Sequence record: MK799832.1
Length of the DNA: 64,000 nucleotides
Reading direction: 5' to 3' (one strand)
Shown here: positions 30,252 through 38,900 of the stretch, one piece after another
How the letters are laid out: each line of letters opens with the position of its first letter
Numbering within the stretch: position 1 is the first letter of the stretch
Notes under the pieces: generated by a model
What the model was told of the DNA's origin: nothing
Database searches by the model: none
What the model saw: the letters and a program-made list of their open reading frames with translations, nothing else
Made by a program: the position numbers and the translations under genes

Positions 30252-30428
30252 ATGTCTGCCACTTATCTTCCTCAAAAGACCAAGTATCGCGTCACGCTCG
30301 AGTTAGATGTAATGGACGATTTCAACCCTCATAATATCGATTGGGAAAAAGTTCTCGATGTTCAAGGTAATGAATCTATCGAGGCTTATGTGGAAGACTT
30401 GTCGGTACCTGACTGTTTCTTCTCCTGA
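30252..30428 (+). CDS. Small acidic hypothetical protein (58 aa, below track cut-off)
   Basis: AGGAG RBS then MSATYLPQKTKYRVTLELDVMDDFNPHNIDWEKVLD... Confidence 0.6.
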   Translation: MSATYLPQKTKYRVTLELDVMDDFNPHNIDWEKVLDVQGNESIEAYVEDLSVPDCFFS

Positions 30429-30471
30429 TAATACCAAGGGTGATAAATAATCATATTATCACCCTCCAATC

Positions 30472-30663
30472 ATGGCCTTTTACGCAACTAAACCATCATT
30501 GATTGATCCAAGTATCACAGTATATTATGCTGGTGGTAATAGATGGTCTGACCAATCATCAGAGAAAGTAACTTATGCAACCCGTGATGGTTTAGATGCG
30601 AAGGTTGCCAACGTTGATGGTAAGACTGGTGGGTTCAAAAATGCTACGGTCGTAGAAGAATGA
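30472..30663 (+). CDS. Small hypothetical protein
   Basis: Follows ATAAATA late promoter; YYAGGNRWSD. Confidence 0.55.
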   Translation: MAFYATKPSLIDPSITVYYAGGNRWSDQSSEKVTYATRDGLDAKVANVDGKTGGFKNATVVEE

Positions 30664-31322
30664 AAACATTAAGAGATTTCCTATCAGAAGCATACGATCC
30701 TGACCTCAAAGGTGCACAGATTCGTAGAACTGGTGAAGGTGGTAGGAAACAACCTAAGAGAGAAACTGAAACAAGAAGAAAGGCTGGTCAATCACCACGA
30801 ATGAAGGCAGTTGGTGGTGGTAAGATGGCACCTGTTGGTGAATATAAGACTCGTAAAGACGTAGGTACAACTAAAGCACGTTCTGAAAGAGAACAACAAC
30901 CTGAAAAGGAACGTGGTTCTGCAGAAGTCAAACAAACTTATGCGGATAAGGCAAAGGCAGAAAGAAAGGCAGCAGCAAGAGCACGTATTGCTGCAAGAAA
31001 GGCAGGTACTGAAGTTAAGAAAGACACAACATCATCGAAAGATGTTGAAAAGAAAGCAACACAGATGTTGAAGACTAAGAAGGCAGAACCTAAGAAGACT
31101 GAACCAGCAAAAGAACGTCGTAGTTGGAAGACTACAGACGGTGGTGGTATGACAAGAAAAGAAAGAGATGCTGCTCGTAATAAAGAGACTGGTAAGAGTA
31201 GAAAAGATGTAAAGTCACAACTTCGTGCTGACTTTGAGAAGAAACACGGTAGAAAACCAAACAAGAAAGAGGCAATTCAACTGACTGCAAAGGCACATGC
31301 TGCAGCTAAGGCTCTAAAATGA
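30660..31322 (+). CDS. Highly basic, low-complexity K/E/R/A-rich protein
   Basis: MKTLRDFLSEAY start typical of T4-like virion/internal proteins. Confidence 0.55.
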   Translation: MKTLRDFLSEAYDPDLKGAQIRRTGEGGRKQPKRETETRRKAGQSPRMKAVGGGKMAPVGEYKTRKDVGTTKARSEREQQPEKERGSAEVKQTYADKAKAERKAAARARIAARKAGTEVKKDTTSSKDVEKKATQMLKTKKAEPKKTEPAKERRSWKTTDGGGMTRKERDAARNKETGKSRKDVKSQLRADFEKKHGRKPNKKEAIQLTAKAHAAAKALK

Positions 31323-31560
31323 CACAGAAGATGATGCGACTGTTTAATACAGTCACAGAAGCAAGATCTTATCTGAGAACTAACCATGGTATGACAATTG
31401 CGAGAGCAAAACAATATGTTGATAACCATACTACAATGAAAAATGGTAACAAAGTCTGGGTAGTTCTCCCCTGATATTGGGCGGTCAACATGGCAGGGGT
31501 GTTAGGTTGACGTAAGACCCTTTTTATGGTATAAATATAATTACCCCTGTCAATAGAAGA

Positions 31561-32052
31561 ATGGACCCGTTTGAAAGTCTAAAGAACTTTGTCTGTGAAG
31601 ATGACACAGACCACACACCATATGCAACTCCTGAAGGTATCGGACCAAGACGTGGTATTCCATGGTCTGATGAAGAACGTGAGTTGCAAATAACCACTAA
31701 TCCTTACTTTGACCGTGACAATCAGGTTGAAGCAGGAAAGAAAGGTGGTAAAATTACAAGAGAAAATAACTTAGGTATCTTCAATCCTGAGTATGATAGA
31801 ACTCCTGCGGCAAAACTTGGTGGGAGTAAGGGTTCTCGTGCCCAGATAGACAATAATATTGGTATCTGGGGGATGACACCTGAACAACAATCAGAGAGGT
31901 CAAAAAGAGGAGCCAAAACAACAACATCTCAACGATGGAAATGTTTAGTCACTGGCCACATATCATCCCCTGGTGGTCTCTCTAACCATCAGAAGGGGTT
32001 AGGTATAGATTACAAGGACAAATCACTTCGCGTCAGAATTACTCACCTCTAA
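31561..32052 (+). CDS. Homing-endonuclease-like DNA-binding protein (NUMOD-like repeats; no nuclease motif seen)
   Basis: AGKKGGK...GIF, GSRAQ...GIWG repeats and QRWKCLVTGHISSPGGL tail. Confidence 0.5.
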   Translation: MDPFESLKNFVCEDDTDHTPYATPEGIGPRRGIPWSDEERELQITTNPYFDRDNQVEAGKKGGKITRENNLGIFNPEYDRTPAAKLGGSKGSRAQIDNNIGIWGMTPEQQSERSKRGAKTTTSQRWKCLVTGHISSPGGLSNHQKGLGIDYKDKSLRVRITHL

Positions 32053-32084
32053 AGGTCACCTATAGTACGATACCACACTAAATT

Positions 32085-32966
32085 ATGACTTCCACACATA
32101 TTGAGCACCCAGAGGATATGATTTTGACTGGCGATTTGTCGGTCTTTGATCTTCTGTATGACCGAGCACATATCAGTATGAAAATGGATGGTATGTCACT
32201 TGTGTGGGGTACTAATCCTGCCAATGGTAAATGGTTCTGTTGCACGAAGTCCGCATTTAATAAGAAAAAGATCCGTCTGTGTTACTCTATTGACGACATC
32301 TTCACTCATTTTGGTCATCAAATCGAAGTTGTAGATATTCTGTCTCATTGTTTCAAGTATCTTCCTCGTACCGAGAAGATTTACTGGGGTGATTGGCTTG
32401 GTTTCGGTCGTACTGATGTGTTTACTCAGAACACTCTGACGTATGTCTTTGACGAAGCAATTGACCAGAAACTTGTCATCGCTCCTCACACAGTTGTTGA
32501 CGTTCACGAGGAAATGTGGAAGAATGTGTGTTCACCTTTGATGGAAACATTTGAAGACACCACTATGGTCAAGTGGGTGCAACCTTCTGTTGATCGTATT
32601 CCTCCCCAAGGATCTGTCCCTAAGATTAACCCTAAGGGTATCAAGTTTCTGACTGATAAGGAAGCTGCTAAGGCTAAGACTGCTATCAACGCACTCATCA
32701 AATCTGGTCAGTATATTGATGACGCAACCCTGACTGACATTCTTGGTTGTCAACATCTCGCTAATCTGTATCAGTTTGTGATGGAAATCAAACTGGATAT
32801 TATGGACAGTCTGATTGTCACCGACGCACCACAATCTTATCTTCCTAATGGTAAGAAATGTAGTGGTGAAGGATATGTTTTCCACTCTAACACCTATGGA
32901 TGTGTTAAACTGGTAGATCGTACCGAGTTTGCATATGCTAACTTCCATAATGGATACGGTTCATAA
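32085..32966 (+). CDS. Ligase/nucleotidyltransferase-fold protein (KxDG motif)
   Basis: THIEHPED, KMDG, EGYV, VKLVDR.EF motifs resembling ATP-dependent ligase motifs I, IV and V. Confidence 0.5.
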   Translation: MTSTHIEHPEDMILTGDLSVFDLLYDRAHISMKMDGMSLVWGTNPANGKWFCCTKSAFNKKKIRLCYSIDDIFTHFGHQIEVVDILSHCFKYLPRTEKIYWGDWLGFGRTDVFTQNTLTYVFDEAIDQKLVIAPHTVVDVHEEMWKNVCSPLMETFEDTTMVKWVQPSVDRIPPQGSVPKINPKGIKFLTDKEAAKAKTAINALIKSGQYIDDATLTDILGCQHLANLYQFVMEIKLDIMDSLIVTDAPQSYLPNGKKCSGEGYVFHSNTYGCVKLVDRTEFAYANFHNGYGS

Positions 32967-33009
32967 TTACTCACCTCCAAACGTCCACACTATTACATAC
33001 ACCACATAA

Positions 33010-34188
33010 ATGATCAAACTCCGCCCTCATCAACAGGACGCTGTTTACGCTCTTCGTAATAACTCTATCGGTCAAATCATTGTTCCTACTGGTGGCGGCA
33101 AGACTCTTATCGCTATCATGGACGCAGTGAGACGATTTGAGATAAAAGTTCCTCGCACTATTGTTGTTGTCGCTCCTCGTATTCTGTTGGCAGAACAACT
33201 GTCATCAGAGTATCTGGAACATATCACCAATGCAAATGTTCTCCATGTTCATAGTGGAGAGACAAAACATTTCAGTACCACGAAGTCTGACCGTATCAAA
33301 TTATTTGTTGATATGTGTCAAACTATGCGTGAACACGTTATTATCTTCACCACATATCATTCTCTTCATCGTGTACAAGAGTCTGGTATTGCTGTAGATA
33401 CGATTTACTTTGACGAGGCACATAACTCTGTTCAACGTAACTTCTACGGTCCCACTGAGTATTTCAGTAAGCATGCAGATCGTTGTTACTACTTCACTGC
33501 AACTCGTAAAACCAGTGTGACTGTGAAGAAACCAGGCATGAACTGGACTGAGACTTATGGTCAAGTGATTGCACGTGTGTCTGCACCTGATCTGGTTCAG
33601 AATGGTTACATTCTTCCACCTAAGGTCAAGGTGATTGAGATGGATAAGATTGACAAAAAGTCTCTCACTCCTCATCTTGAGGGTAACAATGTCCTCGCAT
33701 CTATTGACCAGATTGACATCAAGAAGATTCTGGTTTGTGTTAAGACCACACGACAGTTACAGAACCTGTTCATGACTGATTTCGCTGATCAGTTGACAGA
33801 ACGTGGTTACTCTTATCTGTATATCACCGCCAAGACTGGTGCTGTTATCGATGGTCAGAAAGTATCTCGTGAAGAGTTTTTCAATACTCTGAATGCATGG
33901 GGTCGTGACAAGTCAAAGAAATTTGTTGTCCTTCACCGTTCTATTCTGTCTGAAGGCATCAACGTGTCTGAACTTGAGGCGGTTATCTTCCTTCGTAACA
34001 TGGACAGTATTGAGCTTCTTCAAACTGTCGGACGTGTCATTAGGGTTGGTTCTTCTACTAAAACCTACGGTATGCTCTGCGTCCCTGTCTACAATCAGGT
34101 AGGACTTTCCACTCAAAAGTCTCTCCAGCGTTGTGTTGATATTGTGTTTGAGAAGGGAGAAATGCTTGACAGTGTAACTCGTAAATAA
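33010..34188 (+). CDS. Superfamily 2 helicase (type III restriction Res-subunit-like)
   Basis: PTGGGKT, FDEAHN, FTAT, SEGINV, QTVGRVIR. Confidence 0.9.
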   Translation: MIKLRPHQQDAVYALRNNSIGQIIVPTGGGKTLIAIMDAVRRFEIKVPRTIVVVAPRILLAEQLSSEYLEHITNANVLHVHSGETKHFSTTKSDRIKLFVDMCQTMREHVIIFTTYHSLHRVQESGIAVDTIYFDEAHNSVQRNFYGPTEYFSKHADRCYYFTATRKTSVTVKKPGMNWTETYGQVIARVSAPDLVQNGYILPPKVKVIEMDKIDKKSLTPHLEGNNVLASIDQIDIKKILVCVKTTRQLQNLFMTDFADQLTERGYSYLYITAKTGAVIDGQKVSREEFFNTLNAWGRDKSKKFVVLHRSILSEGINVSELEAVIFLRNMDSIELLQTVGRVIRVGSSTKTYGMLCVPVYNQVGLSTQKSLQRCVDIVFEKGEMLDSVTRK

Positions 34189-34282
34189 TAATGTGGGCAG
34201 TCAGTGTGTCTTGGCGGGTAAATTGACGTAAGTCCCACATTATGATAAAATTCTAAATAGTAATGTCATCGCCAAGACACAC

Positions 34283-34765
34283 ATGAGAAATTATCAACTC
34301 CCTTCACAGGGTAGGTTACAGGAACTTTTCGCCTACCAAGATGGTGAACTTATCTACAAAAAATGTAGGGGAAGACAACCTGCAGGTTCTATTGCAGGGA
34401 CTAAACATCACACTGGATATTATCAAATATCTGTGGATAAGAAGATATATTTAAAGCACAGATTGGTGTATCAGTATCATTATGGTGACTTAGAGCAGGA
34501 ACAACAAATAGACCATATTGATAGAAACAAAAGTAATAACAGAATAGAAAACTTACGAGCAGTTGACCAAACACAGAATAATTACAATACTAAAGTAAGA
34601 AACAATAATGAATTAGGTGTCAGAGGTGTATCGACCGCACATAGTGGTAGATATTACTCTCGTATTGCACATGAAGGTAAAACTGAATATTTGGGGATAT
34701 ATGATACTATTGAAGAAGCCCACCAAGTATATCTAAATGCATTACACAAACTCACACATCCTTGA
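34283..34765 (+). CDS. HNH homing endonuclease with C-terminal AP2-like domain
   Basis: HRLVY...IDHIDRNKSNNRIENLR; RGVS...YLGIYDTIEEA. Confidence 0.88.
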   Translation: MRNYQLPSQGRLQELFAYQDGELIYKKCRGRQPAGSIAGTKHHTGYYQISVDKKIYLKHRLVYQYHYGDLEQEQQIDHIDRNKSNNRIENLRAVDQTQNNYNTKVRNNNELGVRGVSTAHSGRYYSRIAHEGKTEYLGIYDTIEEAHQVYLNALHKLTHP

Positions 34766-34920
34766 TTGTAAACCAGGAACATTACCTATCATTGTGGGTG
34801 ATGGTTATCTGGCTGCAATTCCACTGGTTGGTTCAACAACTAAACTTGTGGTTGTTCACAATGGTGTGGTGGTTAAAGTATGTCGTAACAGACAATCTGC
34901 GATGACATTGATTAGAAAAT
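34737..34920 (+). pseudogene. Small conserved phage ORF whose 3' end is fused to nrdB sequence
   Basis: ...KVCRNRQSAMTLIRK then an out-of-frame tail read from nrdB DNA. Confidence 0.5.
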
Positions 34921-35334
34921 CAACACCTTGCCATCACTCAGAACATCCTGAACAAGTGGAGATCAGGTGATGATCCTGAGATGCAACAGATCATGAAGGA
35001 AGAAGAAGAGTGGTTGTATGCCATGTTTGACAAGGCTGTCAACGAAGAGAAGAGATGGGCTGACTATCTCTTCAGAGATGGAAGTATGATTGGTTTGAAT
35101 GACACACTTCTGAAGAAGTATGTTGAGTGGGTTGCCAATCGCAGAATGAAAGCAATTGGTCTTAAGCCCGTGTACGATGTCGCTGCAAAGAACAATCCTC
35201 TCCCTTGGACACAACATTGGATCTCTTCTAAGGGTCTTCAAGTCGCACCGCAGGAGACGGAGGTAGAGAGCTACGTGGTTGGTGGTATCAAACAAGATGT
35301 CAAGAAAGACACATTCTCAGGATTCAAGCTTTGA
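34915..35334 (+). pseudogene. nrdB: 3' fragment of class Ia ribonucleotide reductase beta subunit
   Basis: ENQHLAITQNILNKW...EEKRWADYLF...QVAPQETEVESY; in-frame TGA at 34909-34911 and no N-terminal part upstream. Confidence 0.88.
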
Positions 35335-35437
35335 TGATTGGAATGATTACGCAATAGGACTTTACATCCAATATTGTAGAGAAATCAAAGCCAAAAAAAT
35401 TGATGACTACATATTTCAGGACTATGAAGAAGACTGA

Positions 35438-35860
35438 GTGTGTGACTACGAGAACCCCTGGTACTTTGAAGGTAAACCCTTTACCTCTGATTCTATTGGG
35501 GACAACTTTGGCTTTGTTTATCTCATTACCAATAACGTCAACGAGCGGTGTTACATTGGTAGAAAGTATTTTTGGTCGTTTAGAAAACCAAAAGGTAAGA
35601 GTAGAAAAGTAAAGTCAGAATCTGACTGGAAAAAATATTATGGATCTTGTCCAGAACTAAAGGAGGATGTTACTCTTCTGGGCAAGGATAAATTTTCTCG
35701 TAAGATTTTGTCCCTACATAGTACGAAGGGAAAGGTTAATTTTGAGGAGACCAGACAATTGTTCCTCAATGAAGTCCTGTCTCAAAGGTTGACAGATGAG
35801 ACACCCTTGTACTACAATTCCAACATCCTTGGTCGATATTACCGCAAGGATTATTTTTGA
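35438..35860 (+). CDS. GIY-YIG family nuclease (position equivalent to T4 endonuclease II after nrdB)
   Basis: GFVYLITN...YIGRK...E...YYN. Confidence 0.7.
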   Translation: MCDYENPWYFEGKPFTSDSIGDNFGFVYLITNNVNERCYIGRKYFWSFRKPKGKSRKVKSESDWKKYYGSCPELKEDVTLLGKDKFSRKILSLHSTKGKVNFEETRQLFLNEVLSQRLTDETPLYYNSNILGRYYRKDYF

Positions 35861-35909
35861 GTCACCCAAATCTTTGATGGGAGGTGAATGTCGAATTCTA
35901 TTTAATTTA

Positions 35910-36515
35910 ATGTTTAAAAAACTTCTTCCATTTGCATTGGCAACTATTATTCCTTCGGCTTGTGCATATGCCACAACTGATGAGATTAAAAATCCACCAT
36001 CTGTGGATGTGACTGTGAATGAAGAGAAGGCTGTTCCCATCGAAGTTGTAAGGAAGACATGGGATTGTCCTGATTGCAGTCCTAATGAGAGATATGTTCT
36101 CGCACAACTTCAAGAACAGACTCGTATCACTGATCGTAATGCACTTGCAACGATCATGGGTAACATCAGGTCAGAAAGTAACTTTCATCCTAACATCTGT
36201 GAAGGTGGTGCAAGAGTAAATTATAACCAGTGTCATGCTGGTGGTTATGGTCTGATTCAATGGACTTCTATTGGTCGTTATCGTGGTCTCGGAAACTTTG
36301 CCGCTAAATATAAATGTAACCCGAGTGCACTAGACTGTCAGGTTCGTTACATGGTGAACGAGAGCCAGTTCCAAAAGGTGCTACCTGAGTTCGAAGGTGG
36401 TGGTCTAACTGTGAGACAATACATGGTACCCTCCTACTACTGGTTGGGTTGGGGTATCAAGGGATACCGTGAACACTATGCATATGACTACACTAAACGA
36501 ATGATTTTGGTATGA
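35910..36515 (+). CDS. Phage tail-lysozyme-like peptidoglycan hydrolase with signal peptide
   Basis: MFKKLLPFALA leader; GNIRSES, GYGLIQWT. Confidence 0.75.
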   Translation: MFKKLLPFALATIIPSACAYATTDEIKNPPSVDVTVNEEKAVPIEVVRKTWDCPDCSPNERYVLAQLQEQTRITDRNALATIMGNIRSESNFHPNICEGGARVNYNQCHAGGYGLIQWTSIGRYRGLGNFAAKYKCNPSALDCQVRYMVNESQFQKVLPEFEGGGLTVRQYMVPSYYWLGWGIKGYREHYAYDYTKRMILV

Positions 36516-36904
36516 TTAAGAAGATTAAGACTAAACTCAAATCAATCTATAATATCTTTATTCCTAAAAGTGAAGGTATTATTAAAAAGGTTGTCAGTAA
36601 GGTAAAGAAACCTATTGCAACCTTCAGGTCTGTTCCTGCACCTGTCATTCTTCCTGAGGATCCGTGGTTTGGAAAACCAGTCCTCACCAAAAAGGCCCTT
36701 GACAAACAGAAGGAGATCGACCATAATAAGAAGGTCGAGAGGGAGACCACCCACCAGGTCGAGTCACCAAACATTCATCAAGAGATGTATGAATTGGCGA
36801 CTAAGAACTGGAACACTGTCAAAGAGACACAAGGAGGTTCTGAGAACTTCCATGAAGGTCCAGGTGGTTGGAACTCTGGAACAGGTAATAACCAGTTCCG
36901 TTGA
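36512..36904 (+). CDS. Hypothetical protein
   Basis: ORF track; basic N-terminus, ends GPGGWNSG. Confidence 0.5.
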   Translation: MIKKIKTKLKSIYNIFIPKSEGIIKKVVSKVKKPIATFRSVPAPVILPEDPWFGKPVLTKKALDKQKEIDHNKKVERETTHQVESPNIHQEMYELATKNWNTVKETQGGSENFHEGPGGWNSGTGNNQFR

Positions 36905-36957
36905 CTGCTGTAACCCCCTTGGTAGTTCAGGGTTAGAGGCGATAGGAACTACCACTT

Positions 36958-37031
36958 GACTCAATAGCTCAGCTGGATAGAGCAACTGCCTTCTAAGCAG
37001 TCGGTCGTAGGTTCGAATCCTACTTGAGTCG
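36958..37031 (+). tRNA. trnR: tRNA-Arg(UCU)
   Basis: GACTCAA/TTGAGTC acceptor, ACTGC-CTTCTAA-GCAGT anticodon arm, GTTCGAATC T-loop. Confidence 0.95.
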
Positions 37032-37032
37032 T

Positions 37033-37240
37033 TGGAGATTGATCATCTCCATAGGGTATGACAGAAAAGTTGGTGTGGTCAAGCACCCAACATTGTATAG
37101 TAAGGAAGGCTGTGGTGGCCACCATGTGACCTGGAGACAGGAGGCATGAGAACCCATACCAAGGGTCCTGAAAGTTCAGAGGTATCATTAACATTAGTGA
37201 GACCCCTCTGTTGAAGGTATAATGTAATCCTTCTACCCAC
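37033..37240 (+). ncRNA. Unassigned highly structured RNA between tRNA-Arg and tRNA-Thr
   Basis: Multiple helices, including TGGAGAT/ATCTCCA, GGTATG/CATACC, GTTGG/CCAAC, CCTG-GAGA-CAGG, GGGTC/GACCC and GAAGG/CCTTC. Confidence 0.55.
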
Positions 37241-37244
37241 CCAT

Positions 37245-37319
37245 GCCTCCGTAGCTCAGTGGTAGAGCAGGGCTTTTGTAAAGCTCAGGTCGCAAGTTCA
37301 AATCTTGTCAGAGGCTCCA
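37245..37319 (+). tRNA. trnT: tRNA-Thr(UGU), CCA encoded
   Basis: Cloverleaf; GGGCT-TTTGTAA-AGCTC. Confidence 0.93.
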
Positions 37320-37392
37320 GGGGAATTAGCTCAGTTGGTAGAGCACCTGCTTTGCAAGCAGGCTGTCAGGAGTTCGAGTCTCCTATTCTCCA
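37320..37392 (+). tRNA. trnA: tRNA-Ala(UGC)
   Basis: GGGGAAT/ATTCTCC acceptor with G3:U70; CCTGC-TTTGCAA-GCAGG. Confidence 0.95.
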
Positions 37393-37408
37393 TCCTCCTA
37401 GGAGGTTT

Positions 37409-37609
37409 ATGAGTAAAGAGTATACGTTCGGGGGTCTTGACAGATCTTCAATCAATATGTTAAGATTGATCAGTGAACTTGAGGGTTCTTTTCAACTCCT
37501 TAAATACATGGGGTACGAAGAGGACATGAATACCATTTCAGAAATGAAACAACGGTATTACAAACTTTACTTCAAGACCGCCAAAGAGGAGAAATCCAAT
37601 GACCTATAG
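37409..37609 (+). CDS. Small hypothetical protein within tRNA array
   Basis: GGAGG RBS; MSKEYTFGGLDRSSINMLRLISELEGS...; 3' end overlaps tRNA-Asn. Confidence 0.6.
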   Translation: MSKEYTFGGLDRSSINMLRLISELEGSFQLLKYMGYEEDMNTISEMKQRYYKLYFKTAKEEKSNDL

Positions 37610-37672
37610 CTCAGTTGGTAGAGCAGCTGACTGTTAATCAGCCTGTCCCAGGTTCGAGCCCTGGTGGGTCAG
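37600..37672 (+). tRNA. trnN: tRNA-Asn(GUU)
   Basis: Cloverleaf; GCTGA-CTGTTAA-TCAGC. Confidence 0.95.
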
Positions 37673-37675
37673 TTA

Positions 37676-37757
37676 GGGTGGTTGTCCGAGTGGTTAAAGG
37701 AGATGGACTGTAAATCCATTGGCTCTGCCTACCTTGGTTCAAATCCAAGACCACCCA
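37676..37757 (+). tRNA. trnY: tRNA-Tyr(GUA)
   Basis: GGGTGGT/ACCACCC; ATGGA-CTGTAAA-TCCAT; long variable arm. Confidence 0.95.
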
Positions 37758-37763
37758 CCTTGA

Positions 37764-37835
37764 GGGAGTTTAGCGCAGCGGTAGCGCAGTTGCTTTACAC
37801 GCAATTGGTCACAAGTTCGAATCTTGTAACTCCCA
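37764..37835 (+). tRNA. trnV: tRNA-Val(UAC)
   Basis: GGGAGTT/AACTCCC; GTTGC-TTTACAC-GCAAT. Confidence 0.93.
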
Positions 37836-37857
37836 TATCGAATTACAAACATGACCC

Positions 37858-38106
37858 ATGATTACTGTAAGATGCAAACAGTGTAACAAAGAAATCCGAA
37901 GTGACCATCACATACATTGTTGTGGTTGTCCCAATATGATGACGGTAATTGAAGACAAGGTTACAGCAGTTGACTTGTCTAAAGTAGTGATGGTAGAATC
38001 TAACAAGGAACCAATTTCAAAAGGTGTCCTTAGTAACTCCGATCTCTCCTATCAGGAAGAGAGGAGAAAAAGAAAGGTGAGGAGACTTGATTTTGAAGTT
38101 CGTTGA
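37858..38106 (+). CDS. Small Cys-rich (zinc-binding-like) protein
   Basis: CKQC...CCGCPN. Confidence 0.6.
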   Translation: MITVRCKQCNKEIRSDHHIHCCGCPNMMTVIEDKVTAVDLSKVVMVESNKEPISKGVLSNSDLSYQEERRKRKVRRLDFEVR

Positions 38107-38644
38107 AGTCAAAGATAACATCTATCGTATCAAGAGTATACTTGATACAAAGGATTTCTTTTCACTGAACGACGAACTTAATTCAAAATACAATACCTGG
38201 AGATTTACCAAAAACGATAGTTATGAGGAAGACCATCCCAACATGGGATGTTTGATGAAACCATTATCAAAATTCAATACTATTGGTGATAACCTTACAC
38301 TGATTAAGTATGGTACTCTACTCAAGTATCAGTGTCAGAAAATTATCAAACAAAATCTGACATTAAATAGAGTTAATACCAACATTCAGTTTTTTGGTCA
38401 AGAGTCTACCTTTCATACTGATGGCTCATTTGGAAGTTGGACTCTTTTAATTTTTGCGAATCCTTCTTGGAATAGTGTATGGGGAGGTGAGTTTGTTGTA
38501 ATGACTGAAGACAAAGAATATCTTTATCAATCATTCATTCCTAACGACGCAGTGTTATTCCCTGCACATTTGGAACACATGGGGTTTGCTCCTAATGTTC
38601 TTTGTAAACATCCAAGAATGACAATCGCATATACTTATACTTGA
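38087..38644 (+). CDS. 2OG-Fe(II) oxygenase superfamily
   Basis: FHTD, WGGE, FPAHLEH, RMTIAY. Confidence 0.8.
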   Translation: MILKFVEVKDNIYRIKSILDTKDFFSLNDELNSKYNTWRFTKNDSYEEDHPNMGCLMKPLSKFNTIGDNLTLIKYGTLLKYQCQKIIKQNLTLNRVNTNIQFFGQESTFHTDGSFGSWTLLIFANPSWNSVWGGEFVVMTEDKEYLYQSFIPNDAVLFPAHLEHMGFAPNVLCKHPRMTIAYTYT

Positions 38645-38681
38645 CAACCACACTAGATGTGGTATGATAGATAAGACACAC

Positions 38682-38770
38682 GGAAGAATGGCAGAGTGGT
38701 TGATTGCACCAGTCTTGAAAACTGGAGAGGTTAGTAGCCTCCGCGAGTTCGAATCTCGCTTCTTCCTCCA
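38682..38770 (+). tRNA. trnS: tRNA-Ser(UGA), CCA encoded
   Basis: GGAAGAA/TTCTTCC; CCAGT-CTTGAAA-ACTGG; long variable arm. Confidence 0.95.
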
Positions 38771-38844
38771 CGGAATGTAGCTCAGCTTGGTAGAGCACTG
38801 CTTTTGGGAAGCAGGGGTCGCACGTTCGAATCGTGTCATTCCGA
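38771..38844 (+). tRNA. trnP: tRNA-Pro(UGG)
   Basis: CGGAATG/CATTCCG; CTGCT-TTTGGGA-AGCAG. Confidence 0.95.
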
Positions 38845-38900
38845 CTGAATAAATACTAGAAGGATTATACCATCTAGATGGAACCCATAAGAATCTGATT

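Noticed and set aside
37163-37240. HDV-like/theta ribozyme next to the tRNAs
   Set aside because: Nested-pseudoknot-like order is partly present, but the P1.1 GG pair and the J4/2 catalytic C strand are missing. No hammerhead core either.
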